DNA of 62,559 bases, the filler included, from Basidiobolus ranarum (Eukaryota), in the NCBI GenBank assembly GCA_040143965.1. It is 23 parts of 23 records of this genome, joined end to end, with 100 filler letters (N's around TTAATTAATTAA, not from the genome) between each part and the next. Parts side by side here need not be neighbours in the genome. Positions count along the whole stretch, not along the records: positions 35,459 to 38,081 come from JASJQH010003131.1; positions 38,182 to 40,804 come from JASJQH010003132.1; positions 40,905 to 43,526 come from JASJQH010003133.1; positions 43,627 to 46,247 come from JASJQH010003134.1; positions 46,348 to 48,967 come from JASJQH010003135.1; positions 49,068 to 51,687 come from JASJQH010003136.1; positions 51,788 to 54,406 come from JASJQH010003137.1; 16 more parts are not named here. One strand, written 5' to 3'. The position numbers and the translations under genes were made by a program. Within the stretch, counting starts at the first letter, position 1. Each line of letters opens with the position of its first letter. The notes under the pieces were generated by a model that had not been told where the DNA came from, searched no databases, and saw only the letters and a program-made list of their open reading frames with translations. Below, piece after piece: positions 37,736 through 51,948 of the stretch.

Positions 37736-38081
37736 GAGAACTGTCACAATATTGGTGGCTTGCATTCTGCCAGGGATTTTGATGGTGTGATGGTGGCTTC
37801 TTGATGGTATCTTGATGGTATTCATACATGTTAAGATATTGATCTTCATATTTGGCATGCATAATTTAATTATTGGCAACTTTCACAAAATATAATTTTC
37901 AAATGGCAAATTACTGGGTTTACTGCTGTAGAAATTTGAATTAATATGCATGCCATTATTTAGATACATTAGGCTTTGTATTCCAGCCATAATGAGAATC
38001 AAAAAATAGAAGAATCCTGTTGTGTTTAGTCTCTACATATGCATATACTTGACTGATCAGACATAACTCAACAACATCAAT
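37736..38081 (-). mobile_element. CMC family 3'-region fragment
   Basis: Reverse complement of ~6870-7210. Confidence 0.75.
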
Positions 38082-38181
38082 NNNNNNNNNNNNNNNNNNN
38101 NNNNNNNNNNNNNNNNNNNNNNNNNTTAATTAATTAANNNNNNNNNNNNNNNNNNNNNNNNNNNNNNNNNNNNNNNNNNNN

Positions 38182-40804
38182 TTTCACTCCTGAAACTGAA
38201 AAAATTGATTAAAATCAAATCTAACTTGACAATTTTATGATGGTAAGTAAACAGTCAATCCCAAATGGATTAAAATTGTGATGGTTTTCTTACAATAACA
38301 ATCCTCAAATTTCTGTTAGGGATGTCAGTATTACTGTGAGCTAATTTGATTAAGAATGTATCAGCAAAATCAGTGATGGATGGAATGCAATGGGCTAAGG
38401 AAACTGCAGAGTATATTAACCTTCCAACAAAGGGCTCTTTTTAATGTGCTTGTAGGTTTTTGAATTGTGTTAGCACAACAAAAGCCACAAAGCACATTCC
38501 ATGGACACAGAGTTAGTACCACTATAATTTGGACCAATTTGTTTGTGTGATAATCTGATGGTATTTCTAGGAAAGCTGCAAGACAGACTTCTTTGTGACA
38601 TAGATCAAGATTTGCAGTATTATTGTTTTAGCCATGGGGCAATCTATTCAAGCAATGACACATATACTTGTGGCAGGACATTTGCTGCCTGCAAGTTGGG
38701 GATATTTTAGCTGTACTCTTTATGGAAATTTGCCAAAATCCAAGAGCTTATTCTGATAGTGAATAGTAACAAGAGTCAGCTATTTGCCAAGTGTTAGTAT
38801 TGTTCAAAATTTCAAATGTTTAGCAATTTTTCAACTGTTGGTTTGCTAGTAATACATATTAATGTTGTTGAGTTAAGTCTGATCAGTCAAGTATGTGCAT
38901 ATGTAGAGATTAAACACAAGATGATTCTTGTATTTTTTGATTCTCATTATGGCTGAAATACAATGCCAAAAATATCTACATAAAGGCATGCATATTAATT
39001 CTAATTCCTAGAGCAGTAAACCCAGTCATTTGCCATTCAAAAATTTGATTTTTGCAAAAAGGGCCGGAAATTAAATAACACATGCCAAATATGGGGATCA
39101 ATATTTTAACATGTTTGATGAACATCAAAATACTATGAAGAAGCTGGCATCACACCATCAAAATCCCTGGCAGAATGCAAGCTACCAGTGTTGTGATGGT
39201 TCTCTGCTAGTTTTGCAATCCAGATCAAATCAATTTTCCTTTGGGTAAGGCTGTATGAGTGGATACTGATGCAAGTTCTGGTAAATTTCATGGTATCTTA
39301 ATGTTACCAAGCATTTAGTTAATTGGTTTAAACTTTGTTCTTAACTCAAATGGCTCATTCTGGTTAAATTTTCAACTATACAGCTGAGCAAGTAGTAGTG
39401 GAATGTTGTAGAATAGTTAGTTCATAGGGCCCAATGGTAAGCTCTGGTGCCACTTAATCTCCTTTAGAAATACAATCTTAGGCTTAAGGCTGATCCTAAG
39501 TTTGAAGTTAGAATGACTTTATGGTTTATTGATATCAGCAAGCATGTTGAAATCTGAGCAGCCTCTTAGTGGTAAAGTCATGGAGTTAAGTATTGTATTT
39601 GCATAGTAGTGATGTATATGCCTGGTGGAGTAAACTCCATTGACTTGATCAAAACTACAACATGATAATATATTGTGCCCACAAAAACCACCAAGCTTAC
39701 TAATGGCACAAGTGTCACCCATATTTATAATGATATCAGCTTTAAAGAAATACCCACCCATTTGAACTGATGAGATAATCATTTAAATTCTGAAATCAAA
39801 GGCTCCAAGAAACTATCTATAAGCACTGGTGACTTAGGGCCAGAAATGATGGATGGTATCAAAAAAATGAACTTTTATGCAGTTCAGAAGGAGTAAGATT
39901 TAGTTATTTTTAATTATTGGCCAGCAAGCCTTTCCAATGGTATATTTATTGAGTGAGAAACCATACAGAGCTAATGCAAATGCATGATCGTACCTGTTCT
40001 CAAAGAAAGCTGCACTTTCCAGATTCTGGTAGTGATATTCATTATGTATATTGCTAATGCCATCGGCTTTATGGTCAGTATGTTGGTAACAGATCAATGA
40101 TGTATATTTGGGTGTTTTCCAAACTCAAAGACAGGCTACTAATTGTGTTTGTCAAACATGAACTATATAAATCTGATTCAGTGATTACCAATTGTATGCA
40201 AACAGTACTTGACTTCAGCTTTTCAGATCACTGGTAAAAGCCACACAACTTTTGGAATGTGATTACTGTATAATTACTGAAGTATCATAAGTCATAGGAT
40301 TGACAAGTGTTGTCCCCTTGTATCAGGTCTGTGACAAGCAACAGTTGACAATTGGCAGTTGTAAAAGTGTATGAGACCAATAAACACCAGGTTTCTAAGA
40401 CTGGATTGAACTCTCTACCCATCAACAATCAAAGCTGCTTCCTTTACTGCAACTATTATAAGTGGACAAATGCTGACAATAACAAAGAGACCATAATACA
40501 ACTGTTGTCTTCTTCTCATCTTCTGATCTATTACCATTGGCACTGGAATAACTGAGGTCAACATCTAACAGCTTGTCCTCTAAACAGTCTTGACTACTTG
40601 TTCAACTTAGGTTGCATTTCTATCCACATTGATCTGTTTGTGCAACCCTATCAGAAATTGAAGGATTGTTATCTTAGGAAAACCATCACAATTTTAATCC
40701 ATTTGAGATTGACCATTTACTCACCATTATAAAATCATCAAGTTAGATTTGATTTTAATCAACATTTTCAGCTTCAGGAGTGAAATACCAAGATCTAACA
40801 AAAT
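38182..40804. mobile_element. Nested CMC fragments (38323-39240 plus; ~39320-40640 minus) between two element termini
   Basis: GDTCAISKLGGFCGHNILSCC and ALALYGF..ACWP motifs; termini at both contig ends. Confidence 0.8.
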
Positions 40805-41619
40805 NNNNNNNNNNNNNNNNNNNNNNNNNNNNNNNNNNNNNNNNNNNNTTAATTAATTAANNNNNNNNNNNNNNNNNNNNNNNNNNNNNNNNNNNNNNNN
40901 NNNNATTCAAGGTCAAAAGGGAAACAGCCCAGAACCCCCAATTAAGGTCCCTAAAACTTACTAAGTGAAATAAAGAAAGTGAACCGAAAAGACAACCAGA
41001 AAGTGGGCTTGGAAGATTATTGACTTGGAAAAGAAAGAGAAGCAGTATGAAGGGGAAACTCAATGCAAGTATGCAGAAAGTGGCTTCAGAAGAAGAAAAT
41101 CAACTTGACATTCAGTCTGGTATTGACCAAGTAGATATCTGGGAAGAACTTAATACAGAGTGGCACATTATTGCAAGGTATCTGCCAGATAGCTGGAAGA
41201 GTGTTGATTCAGCAACGTTAATACAATGGTGGGCTTTGATGGAGATATTGATAGAGACTTTTATTGGATAAGAGCTAAACATTGGGTATGAAGAACTCTA
41301 TAAAAATATTCAGGAGAATATATCAAAGAAACTAGGAATTTCAAGGTGACAAATTAGGGTTCATATGGTAAATGTGTCAAATTTGAGTTACATTTTTTGC
41401 ACATGTGTTGATCCATAGTTCTCTGAGATTGTAGCCAATCATGTCAACTATTTTGAAAGATCTTGAAGTTTCACTCCTGAAACTGAAAAAATTGGTTAAA
41501 ATCAAATCTAAGTTGATGATTTTAAAACAGTAAGTAAATGGGCAATCCCAAATGGACTAAAATTATGATGGTTTTCCTACAATAACAATCCTCAAATTCC
41601 TGTAAGGGATAACATTGAT

Positions 41620-42878
41620 AAGTTTTGTTGAAACCACCCAAATATAGATTATTGATCCAATACCAAAGTACTCAGGGAAAAGCTGATGGTATTACCAATG
41701 TACTCAATGGATATCACTATCAAAATTTGAAAAATTCAAGCCTTCTTTGAGAACACATATGATTATGCATTAGCATTGGCTCTGGATGGTTTCTTACCGC
41801 ACAAATATAGTGCTGTAATGGCTTGCCAGCCAATAGTTTCAGTTAACATAAATCTTGCTCCTTCTGAAGGGTATTAGACTCCTAATATTTTGATACTATC
41901 CATCATATCTGGACCTAAATCACCAGTGCTTATAGGTAGCTTCTTGGAGCATTTGATTGTGGAATTTGAATGCTTATCTCATTGGGTTCAGATGGGTGAA
42001 TATTTTATTAAAGCTGATATCATTGTATGTATTAGTGACACACCTGCCATCAGTAAGCTTGGAGGTTTTCATGGGCACAATGCACTATCTTGCTGTAGAT
42101 TTTGTCAAATCAATGGTGTTTACTCAATCAGGCATACACAATACTACTATCCAAATACAATACTAAACTCCATGATTTTACCACCAAGAGCCCATCAGAT
42201 TTCAACATGCTCACTGATGTCAATTCACCAAATAGTCAGTCTAACATCAAACTTAGTATTAGCAGTAAGCCTACGATCATATTGCTAAAGGGGATCAGAT
42301 GGAGCCAAAGCTTCCAATTTGGTACTATGCACTTACTAGTTAATAACATTCCAATAATCATAAGTATTGGCAACATTAGGAGTTGTTTGTAAATATTGTT
42401 GATATATTCCTGTTATATCAACTCACATTGGCAGTTCTCATGCAGATAAAGTAACTGTGCAAAGACTTTATAGTTGGATATGAAAAAGTTTATTACAGGT
42501 TTCAAGAAGATAAATAGATTCTATGCCAGTATTCAAGACATTCTCTGCTACCTCTTACACAATGCTGGGAGATTATAGGCCCTTGCTCTATATTCTGTGA
42601 GTTCCCAATGGAGTGCACCTGCAGTGAAATGATGCTCCATGTGAAATAGTCAGTATTACTGTATGTTAATCTGATTACCAATGTATCAGCATAATCAGTG
42701 ATGGATGTAATGCACTGGGTGAAGAAGACTGTAGTTTATATTAACCTTCCAACAAAGAGCTCTTTTCAATGTGCTCATGGGTCTTTTCATTGTTTGAGCA
42801 CAATAACAGTAACAAAGCCCAATCTATGGACACAGAGTAAGTATCTCTATAATTGGGACTAATTTGTGTGTGTGATAA
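41620..42878 (+). mobile_element. CMC/EnSpm transposase relic
   Basis: ALALDGF, IISGPKSP..SFLE, DTPAISKLGGFHGHNALSCCRFCQING and EFPMEC motifs. Confidence 0.85.
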
Positions 42879-43626
42879 GCTTGTTGAAGTTTAACACCTT
42901 TATCATATTTGTTATCTCTATCCTTATGCACCTAACCATTATGTATTTCACTTATCAGTTGGTTACATTCTATATTGAAATACCATTACACTGAAAATTG
43001 GAACATATATTATTTGTATATGTGGATAATATGAGAATTAGCAATTCAATGTTGGAAATTTCAAACTTGTCCAAACTGCCCCAAATATAGCTCATTTTAC
43101 TCCTACATATGTTCTGGGTACAACTCCAGTGTTAGTTTTCTGTATTTCCATCAAAATGTATAAATGCTTTATTTCTGAACGATAAATAATTATTTCTCAA
43201 AGTGATTCACAACTCCACTTTTCTATGTTGAAATTAGGTAAATAGCAACTCATTATTTAGTAGTTAGCTAATTCATATTCTGACTATTTAGTACTCATTT
43301 CTGTCATTCAAAAACATGTGTTTATTGCTCTAATTGATAGAAATATCAATTAGATCACTTTTACCAATTTTCACCATTTTCTCAAAACTTCTCCTAATCA
43401 CCTCAAATTTTCACCCATGCTTAACAGGCATGTTTTCTATGTTCTAAGCATGTCCAATAATCCTACTTTATAGTAAACTATAAATAGGACATATTCAATT
43501 CAATAAAACTTATGTGTCTAATTCACNNNNNNNNNNNNNNNNNNNNNNNNNNNNNNNNNNNNNNNNNNNNTTAATTAATTAANNNNNNNNNNNNNNNNNN
43601 NNNNNNNNNNNNNNNNNNNNNNNNNN

Positions 43627-43946
43627 AGCTCACCCAGTCGTCGGCCAAATGCCACTTCATCTTCTTGACTGAACTCCTGCTCACGGAAAAATACAACACC
43701 ACGCTCAGCAGCTAGAGCTAAGAGATCCTCAAGCTGGGCATCGGTCAGCTTAGCCAACTGTAGGCCTTCAATTTCAGTTCCAATGGAAGGAGTCAGGTCC
43801 GTACGCTTGGTCGCCACATCCAACAAGTTCTTATATTCAGGGTGAGCATTAAATCCTTGAATATATTTAGGGTTGCGATACTTATTGACAGAGTTATTGG
43901 AGATGTTGTCGTTGGAAGTAGTGTGCTCTTGGTTAGTAACAGTCAT
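43627..43946 (-). CDS. TauD/TfdA-family alpha-ketoglutarate-dependent dioxygenase, N-terminus (3' truncated)
   Basis: DLTPSIGTEIEGLQL..L..LAAERGVVFFREQ, as in fungal sulfonate dioxygenases. Confidence 0.9.
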
Positions 43947-44636
43947 ATTACTTAAAAATTGGATATTAAAGCTTGAGTGATAGTAGGAAACTTAACACAT
44001 GCTTGCATATATACTTGGTCATGGAATAGCAATTGTACCTTTGAGAGAATGACTTTAATTAACCACATTTAACTAATAAACGCATTTTGTATGCTAATTT
44101 TTGCCATTATGTTGCAGCTTTCTCGTGTAAATATTGTTTCAATAATTTATATTAAAATGAATTTTTTGAAAATCTTGCAAATCTCGTAGCCCACACATTT
44201 AGCATAAGTACAACTATCTTGAGTTAAAAGCACTTTACTTGTCGCAGCCTGATCTCTTTTTCCACTCTTTCCAGCATCGTGGGCACCAGCTCCATTACTG
44301 CTATTCATTTCTGGTCTTATCATTTCCCCCATTCCATTTTCACTCACTTGTATACACTATCTTTTAGTAATAGAGTACCATTATATTCAGTCCTTCGTCA
44401 TAGTTGGTCAAATATTAACTTTTAGAGGATAAATAATCAATGGCTATCTTTTCACTTCTGAGTATAGTGCATGTGACAGCAAATGTTATTACTTCTAAGC
44501 GATGATTCAAAAAACACTTGTCACTTCACAGTCCGAATTTGCGGATTTCTGACTCACGAGTGATATATATCTGAGACATTTATTTTCCTTGCCTAAACAA
44601 GGCTTCATCAATATTGTGCTTATCCTTGGTGATCTA

Positions 44637-45883
44637 CTAATTAGAGTTGTAAACTAAAAGATTAGGAGTATTTCCTCTCAACCCGGTAATAACATTCTTG
44701 GTAGCCCTGGCTGAAAGAGCGTCATAGAGAGCCTGTGGTGAGTTAAATCCTCCCTGTGCCAAATAGAGAGCGGCAACTCCGGCAACATGAGGGCTAGCCA
44801 TACTGGTACCCGAGATCTTCTTGGTAGAAGTGGTACCTCCAATCCACGCAGATGTGATATCCTGACCGGGAGCAGCAATTGTAACGCATTCACCATAGTT
44901 GGTAAAGCTAGCAGCAGTATCAGAGATTGTAGTGGCGGCTACAGTATAAGCACCTGCAGCATTGGCCGGTGATACATTACAAGCATCTTGACTCTCATTA
45001 CCAGCTGCTACAATGAAGCTGACACCCGCTTGTACGGCGGAATCTACAGCCTGTTTTAGTGCCTCACTGTTGCCACCTCCAAGTGACATATTAGCCACAC
45101 TCTTCCTGCCTGAACTTCTAGCTCTTTGAGCTACCCAGTTAATACCAGAAATAATTCCAGAAGTACTACCACTACCAGCACCACTTAGCACCTTAACACC
45201 GATAAGATTGACTCTCTTGGCAACACCATAAGTGTTACCTCCGACAGTACCAGCCACATGGGTACCATGACCGTTAAGATCATCAGTAGCTTCACCACTG
45301 ATAAAGCTTACAGGGAGAGTAGCTCTTCCACCGAAGTCTGAATGTCTAACATTAATTCCAGTATCAATGATGTAGACATCCACACCTGCGCCTGCATTGT
45401 CAGGATAGTTATATGGAGCATTAGGATTTCTGGTCCTTTGAGAGATTCTGGGTAAGCCCCAACTGGGTGGACTATTTTGAGTACCAGAAATAGTGAAAAT
45501 TTGTTCAGCTTCAATATATTCAACATCCGCGTTTCCTTTAAGATCCTTAACCAAAGACTCACTCAGTACACCAGCGTAGGCATTAAAGCTAGCTAGTGAG
45601 AATCTACTCTTTATTTCATTCTTGAGAGTATTGTTTCCACTTCGACCACGGTTATACTGATCCAATTTAGTCTTCAATAGCTGGTCAACTTGCAACAGGG
45701 TAGATGTTAGTAGATGAATTTGAAAGTAGTCTACATGAATGAAATACCTTTGTTCGCATCGGCAGTGTTTTTAATCTTAACAATATAGCGATTGGCAACC
45801 TCTGGTGCTTGAGCTTCTGAGAATGGAATGGCAAGAGCAATAGCGAGCAAGGATCCTAGAGCAAAGTTGCGAATACTAACCAT
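44637..45883 (-). CDS. Secreted subtilisin (S8A, proteinase K-like) with I9 propeptide, ~395 aa; exons 45883-45748 and 45688-44637
   Basis: Signal MVSIRNFALGSLLAIALA; 59-nt GT-AG intron with a CTAAC branch site; catalytic motifs IIDTG, HGTH and GTSMASPH. Confidence 0.96.
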
Positions 45884-46347
45884 TTGTAAATAAGAAGACT
45901 GTAAATATAAGTTTCTTGTGAGATCCGATAGATTGGCCTGGCATATATATAGCAGTCATATTCCCAAGGATTTGGTTGATATCAAAGTATGAGTTAACTG
46001 ACTTCCATACAAGTAATGAAACTTTGTAACGATAACATTATGAGACACTCACTTTGTGAGAATAAATTGGAAGGAACTCACCTCAACTGGTTGGTTTTAT
46101 TAATTCATACATATACGGAGAGTTGGGACCTAGTTCATTAAGGTATAGATGGCCATTTCCAATAAACAAGAAGCACACTTAAGCTAATGTTAGAGTTAAG
46201 GTATTTACGGAAAATGATCAGCACTACTCCATCAATAGAATTCACGCNNNNNNNNNNNNNNNNNNNNNNNNNNNNNNNNNNNNNNNNNNNNTTAATTAAT
46301 TAANNNNNNNNNNNNNNNNNNNNNNNNNNNNNNNNNNNNNNNNNNNN

Positions 46348-46455
46348 AGTAAATTCCAATTGAGAATAATTGATAATATCTTAGTGAATTATAAGATAAC
46401 TAAGTACTAAGCTATATATGACTATATAGGTGTTTAGGCAATGCTAATTTCAACA
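46348..46455 (-). mobile_element. Copia LTR partial
   Basis: Matches 30303-30410, ending AATTTCAACA. Confidence 0.9.
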
Positions 46456-47759
46456 AATTTCAGCTACTGCCAATCAGTTCTCCCAACTTAAAACACTGAT
46501 AACAAAAGATTGGGTTGATGGATTAGTATGAAACTTGGTACAATTATTAAACATTGTTTGCTGAACAAAATACTGATTTTTCATTTTGATTCATTGATGA
46601 CAGCAAGCACAGTGTGTACCTCTCTACTAACAATGTGTAATAAAAAAATTAAAAAATATTTGATAGCACCCTTTGTAGTGTGTGGCATATATAACCCAAA
46701 GTTTCATTTTACTGACTATTTTGCTGCTTGCATACATACAAGCAAATATAGAAAAACACAACCAATATATAAGTATTATAAAAGTCAAACTATCAAACAA
46801 AACAGCAGGACTTTTATTTACAAACAGATTGTGCCTGAATATGAAGTTATGCTTTTTCACATTTGTCTAATTCTTTGCTTCTTTCCTACATATTGAGGTC
46901 TCAGCAATCTTTCTTGTTGTTGAAGTTATCAATTTCTTGTTTACCTTCTTTATTTTATGTTTCAATCTTTTTCAATATTTTGCATTAAACACAATTTTCT
47001 AGAAAAGAAGGAAGCCAAACATTTGGATATTGTTAATCATGAGAATTATAAGTTATCACATTGGTAGGCATCAACTATCAATAAATAAAAGCTTAGAAAT
47101 TAGAATTTTAATTCCAAGTGTATAGGCCTTCTTAAGAAACTGTTGGAAGTGAAACAAATGGACATTCCAAGAAGATCAACTGTTGGTATGTAATATATTA
47201 ATAATACTTACAAAATTTTGACAATTCATAAATTGTGTGAAGACTTGATAGAAGTTTTGGGAATAGTTTCTTGTCAAGATTTCATGCAAAGATCAGTAAT
47301 CTGGCCTTTGGAAAATTTGGGCAAGCTCAATTCTTCCCATATACTAGTGACTTGAGTATATTGTGAGAAGGGTGTACACGGGGGATTGCATCCCTCATAC
47401 CCCCTGCTTTTTTTTTATACTGGGAGGACTGCATCCCCCAGACCCTCTCTTTTCATCCTTACCAGAACATCTATACCCTCCCCTTAATAGTGTCCTAGAT
47501 CCTACTGACTTGACTTTTCTTCTTTGCAACATTCATACCAATACTTCTGATCTCCATACATTAGTTAAGAAACTACAAAAGTAGTTATGGCTTCTTTGTT
47601 TTGTTTGAAATAAAGATTTCTCCTATTGGTGACTGTCTCCCCCCTAACCCTAAATTTGAATAATGTTGATAGATAGTTTCAGATTCCAAATTTGGCCTAA
47701 TTCCCATATCTATTGCCAATGTATCATTTTCCAAGTTGGTTTCATTACTTGTTAGCTCA

Positions 47760-48967
47760 AGATTGGTTTCAGAACTTGTTTACTCAGAATTTGAGTTATT
47801 GCGGAATTGATTTTCAGCCAAAATCAAATTCCTTTGATTAGAAGATTTGAGATTTTCTTCAATGAATATAATATCTCCAGAGTTGATGATTTGATTTGTG
47901 CAAGTAATTAGGAGAAAATAGCCTTTATTGTGATATCCTAATAGGATACATTTTATTGCCTTTTTGTCCAGTTTCCCATGCTGAGGTTTAGGAATATGAG
48001 CATACACTATTGATCTAAACATTCTGAGATGATTCAGATTAGGCTAGTTTCCAGTCATGTTTTCAAAAGGAGTTTTAGAGTCATGGTTGCTATGTGTTGG
48101 ACTTCTATTTTGGAGATATGTGGCTGATAAAATAGCTTCATGCCAATAGGTCTTAGACAGATCTGAATCAATCAGCATTGTATGTGCTTTCTCTACTAAA
48201 GTCTTATTCATCCTTTCTGCAATTCCATTTTATTCTGCACTATATGTAATAGTAATTTGCTGCTGAATTGCCTTTTCTTGACAAAAGCTAGTCCTGTCTT
48301 CATTGCTACATTCAATTCCATTAACATTGCACAGGTATTTGATTGTTCTTCCTGTTATGGTTGTGACCATTGCTTCATATATCTTTAAATATTGAAACAC
48401 ATCTCCTGTGCTTGACAGAAGATATGAAACCCTGAAGTGAGATTTATCATCAATAGATATGAGTAAATATTGTGGCTTACTTGATGTCAGAGCTTGCATT
48501 GGGCCATATAAGTCTGCTTGAATAAGATCCAATAAATATTTGGCTTTGCTAGCTCCTTCTTTTGGAAATGGTTTTCTGGTGATTTTCCCTTAAATATAGC
48601 TTTCACATTTAGTAATATCTGAGGGCTTAAAATCCATTCCAGTACATAGGCTATTTTTGTATAATGGTTTCACACTATTATAGTTTGGATGACCCAAGCA
48701 CTGATGCCAAGTAATCAAGTTTCCAGAAGTAATTGTTGCAAAGTTTGAAACAGTCTCAGTTATCAATGCAATATCCAGGTGAAGTAGATACCCAATTCTT
48801 GCTCCAGTTGCTACTATCTGCTAAAGTATTTGGGAGCCTGTTGGAAGTGGTTTGGGGAATTAGAGGAATTGGTGGTTTTCACTTATTGATTTATTGAGTA
48901 GAAAGTTGACATTTATAGTTTTGTCAAGATGTAAACAAACTAACGTGTAGAATATGTTAAGGAAGGT
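47760..48967 (-). mobile_element. Copia GAG-pre-integrase/integrase relic with an LTR fragment at 48819-48967
   Basis: TWHQCLGHP, LDLIQADLYGPM, NGIAERMNKTLVEKA and KLDKKAIKCILLGY motifs. Confidence 0.9.
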
Positions 48968-49067
48968 NNNNNNNNNNNNNNNNNNNNNNNNNNNNNNNNN
49001 NNNNNNNNNNNTTAATTAATTAANNNNNNNNNNNNNNNNNNNNNNNNNNNNNNNNNNNNNNNNNNNN

Positions 49068-51600
49068 CATTTGCATTGGGTCATCTGCTTGAGCTGTATT
49101 TTGCGTTTGATGGAAGGGAGGTCCAAAAGTAGATGAGGAAGGAGAGAAGAAAGGAACAATATTTCTTTGTTGTTGTCTTTCAAACAACCGGTTGTTACAT
49201 TTAACTGCCTAATGGATATCATCAGTTGAAATCACTGGTTCAGCTGTAGTGAGTAGAAGATCTTTAATATTTCTTTGAGTTGTTATTGGAAATGTTTGAT
49301 CAGGACAGATTTTCCCCAACGGAGATCACAGGCAAGAAGGCAGAATTCTGCAGCGTGAGTTGATGTAGGCTTTGACCCTTGTTTAAGTGCATGGAGCTAG
49401 GTGGCTGAAGTTCTTTCCTCATCTGCATTTGCAAACATAGCTTCCAGTTCAGTAAGAAAGATTAGGCCTACTTTTGTTTGGTTGGAGATATAACAATGGG
49501 GATCTAACTAGATGATGAGTTTTACTTAGTTGATAATGCCACAATAGTTTTGGTGCGTGCCATCAAATGTATATGGTAAGGAGATCTTGGGTTCAGTAGT
49601 TGTATTTGCAGGAAACTTGGGTGGATCTGGATTCTGTATTTGAGCAAGAGAAGCACAAAATTCTTGCTTTTCTTGCTGAAGCTAAGTATGAGCTTGTCTG
49701 ATGTCTTCCATTGTGTGGGGCTGGTGTAGACATACATTGTGATTCTATCTGCAGTGGATGAGTATGACAAGATCAGAATCATACCAACTATTGGGCAGGT
49801 TTTGCTCATACCAAATTTACCTGGAAAGCATTGTGAAAACTTTGATGATATGAAGAAGTGTTGAGTAGACAGTGCAATATGATGTAACTATCAATTAGAC
49901 CAATATACACACATTTTTAAACATCTTAATTGCTTGCTAAATCATGATAATATGAATGACATAATTAATAAGTAACAAGTTGCTATTCACCTAATTTGAA
50001 CACCAGCTATTTTTGCAAAATTAATGCAGAATATCTTGGCCAAGTACTTAAGCCTATTGGTTATTTTCTAATTGGATGATGTCCTCATCCAAGGTAAGAT
50101 CCAGGAAGAATATGTGCATCAAGAAAGGAAAGTTTTGTGGAAATTAAAGCAAATCAACTCTTTGAAAAATGAGTAAGGTAGCACCTAAAAAGTGCTAACA
50201 AGAAGCATGACATGATGGAATCAGTACCTGCTTGTTAGATATGCTATCTCTCAATGCCCTGGAAAAGTTCATGTTGTAACAGATGCTTTGTCTCTTGTCA
50301 ACCAGCCAAAGGAAATTAATGGCATTAAAGAATCAGATTGGGCTACACTAATATCACAATTTTTGGCAGAACAAACATTCTTGGAAGAAGTAAGGAGCAA
50401 ATATAATAATTAATTTTTCTCAACACAGAGAAATTTGCTATACAGGAAGAAACACTCTACTGTAGTTGTTGATGACTAGCCAATACCTTACAGCCCCTAT
50501 ATCAACCAATGCAACTGTTTATTAGCTACACAATTCCTATGGTCAACTAGGACTTTGAGTAACATTCAGCCTTTTGAAGACCAGAGCCTGGTGGCCTAAG
50601 ATGGAAAGTGACATAAACAATCAGTCACAACCTGCTATAGTTGTTAAATTAATCAGAGTCTACCCAGATATATGCAGAATTTCCCCCTTTAGAGACAGTA
50701 GCACCATTGGAAAGATGGGGAAATGATTTCAAAGGAAGACAACCCACAACTATAAGAACCAATCAATGAATTCTTGATGCCATTGAATGTGCAGCTGAGT
50801 GGTTAGTTGCCAAATGAGTACCAATTGCCGGCAAAGAAGTCACAAGTCTCATATATCATGATATTTTGATGAAGTTTGGAGGCCCTGTTGAGACTCTGTA
50901 ATGCAGAGGAACTGACTTTGTGGCAAAAGCACTTAGAGCTCATGTAGAATTCCAAAGCATCAAACATTTGAAGGCCTCTTACTATTATTCAATGGCTAAT
51001 GCAGTCACTCATAGATTCAATGGACCTCTTTGCAAGATACAATACATGTATGCCAATGGAACAACTCACAAGTAGGATGAATAAATAGATCAAGCCTTAT
51101 TTGTCTGTCATAGAAGAGTACATAGTACTACTCTGAAGTCCCATTGATACTTAGACTATGGATGTTGCACAAAGATTCTGAGAGAAACATTAAAACCAAA
51201 ACCTACCAACTTTTGGGAAGATGGACTTGGCCAAACCATAGCAAATGAGAAGTTGCTCAGTATAGAAATTCAGCAATGCTCAGAGCTGAAGCCACTACCT
51301 CAAAAGTGAAGACTAGTTTCAACAATATTGTAGATACAACCAATTGCTGATGAAACCTTTGTGCTGTTAAGAAATAACATCAAAAAGAAATATGAACTTC
51401 TTTGCACAGGACCTTTGAAAGTTATCAGCAAATGCCATTCCGGACATATATACAGGTGGATAAGCAAAGAGTCACCCAATAAAACATTGTCCATCAGGAC
51501 AGACTTAAAGTTACTAGACTTCAAGTAGATGATCCAACCAGCAATAGTAGTATCATAAAAAGTAAGATTAAATAGAGTCTTCTCACTCTTAGTTTGAGAG
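49068..51600. mobile_element. Ty3/gypsy relics: possible gag piece (minus) and RT/integrase remnants (~49960-51540, plus)
   Basis: LDDVLI, VVTDALS, RAWWPKMESDI, PLERWGNDF and GPLKVI motifs with many stops; a chromovirus LTR end at ~49745-49781. Confidence 0.7.
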
Positions 51601-51787
51601 AATGCTATGATTTGGTAGGCATAGCAGCTTAAGTATAAGCCAGGTTTTCAAAATTCAGTATTATCATAGTATCCATACAACCAGTATNNNNNNNNNNNNN
51701 NNNNNNNNNNNNNNNNNNNNNNNNNNNNNNNTTAATTAATTAANNNNNNNNNNNNNNNNNNNNNNNNNNNNNNNNNNNNNNNNNNNN

Positions 51788-51948
<161 letters not shown>

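Noticed and set aside
46500-47000. hAT transposase relic (YNPKF, AGLLFTNR)
   Set aside because: The motifs are too short and degraded to support a call.
47641-47653. Telomere repeats (CCCTAA)2; similar at ~115, ~8617 and ~60525
   Set aside because: At most two units and internal, so compatible with chance.
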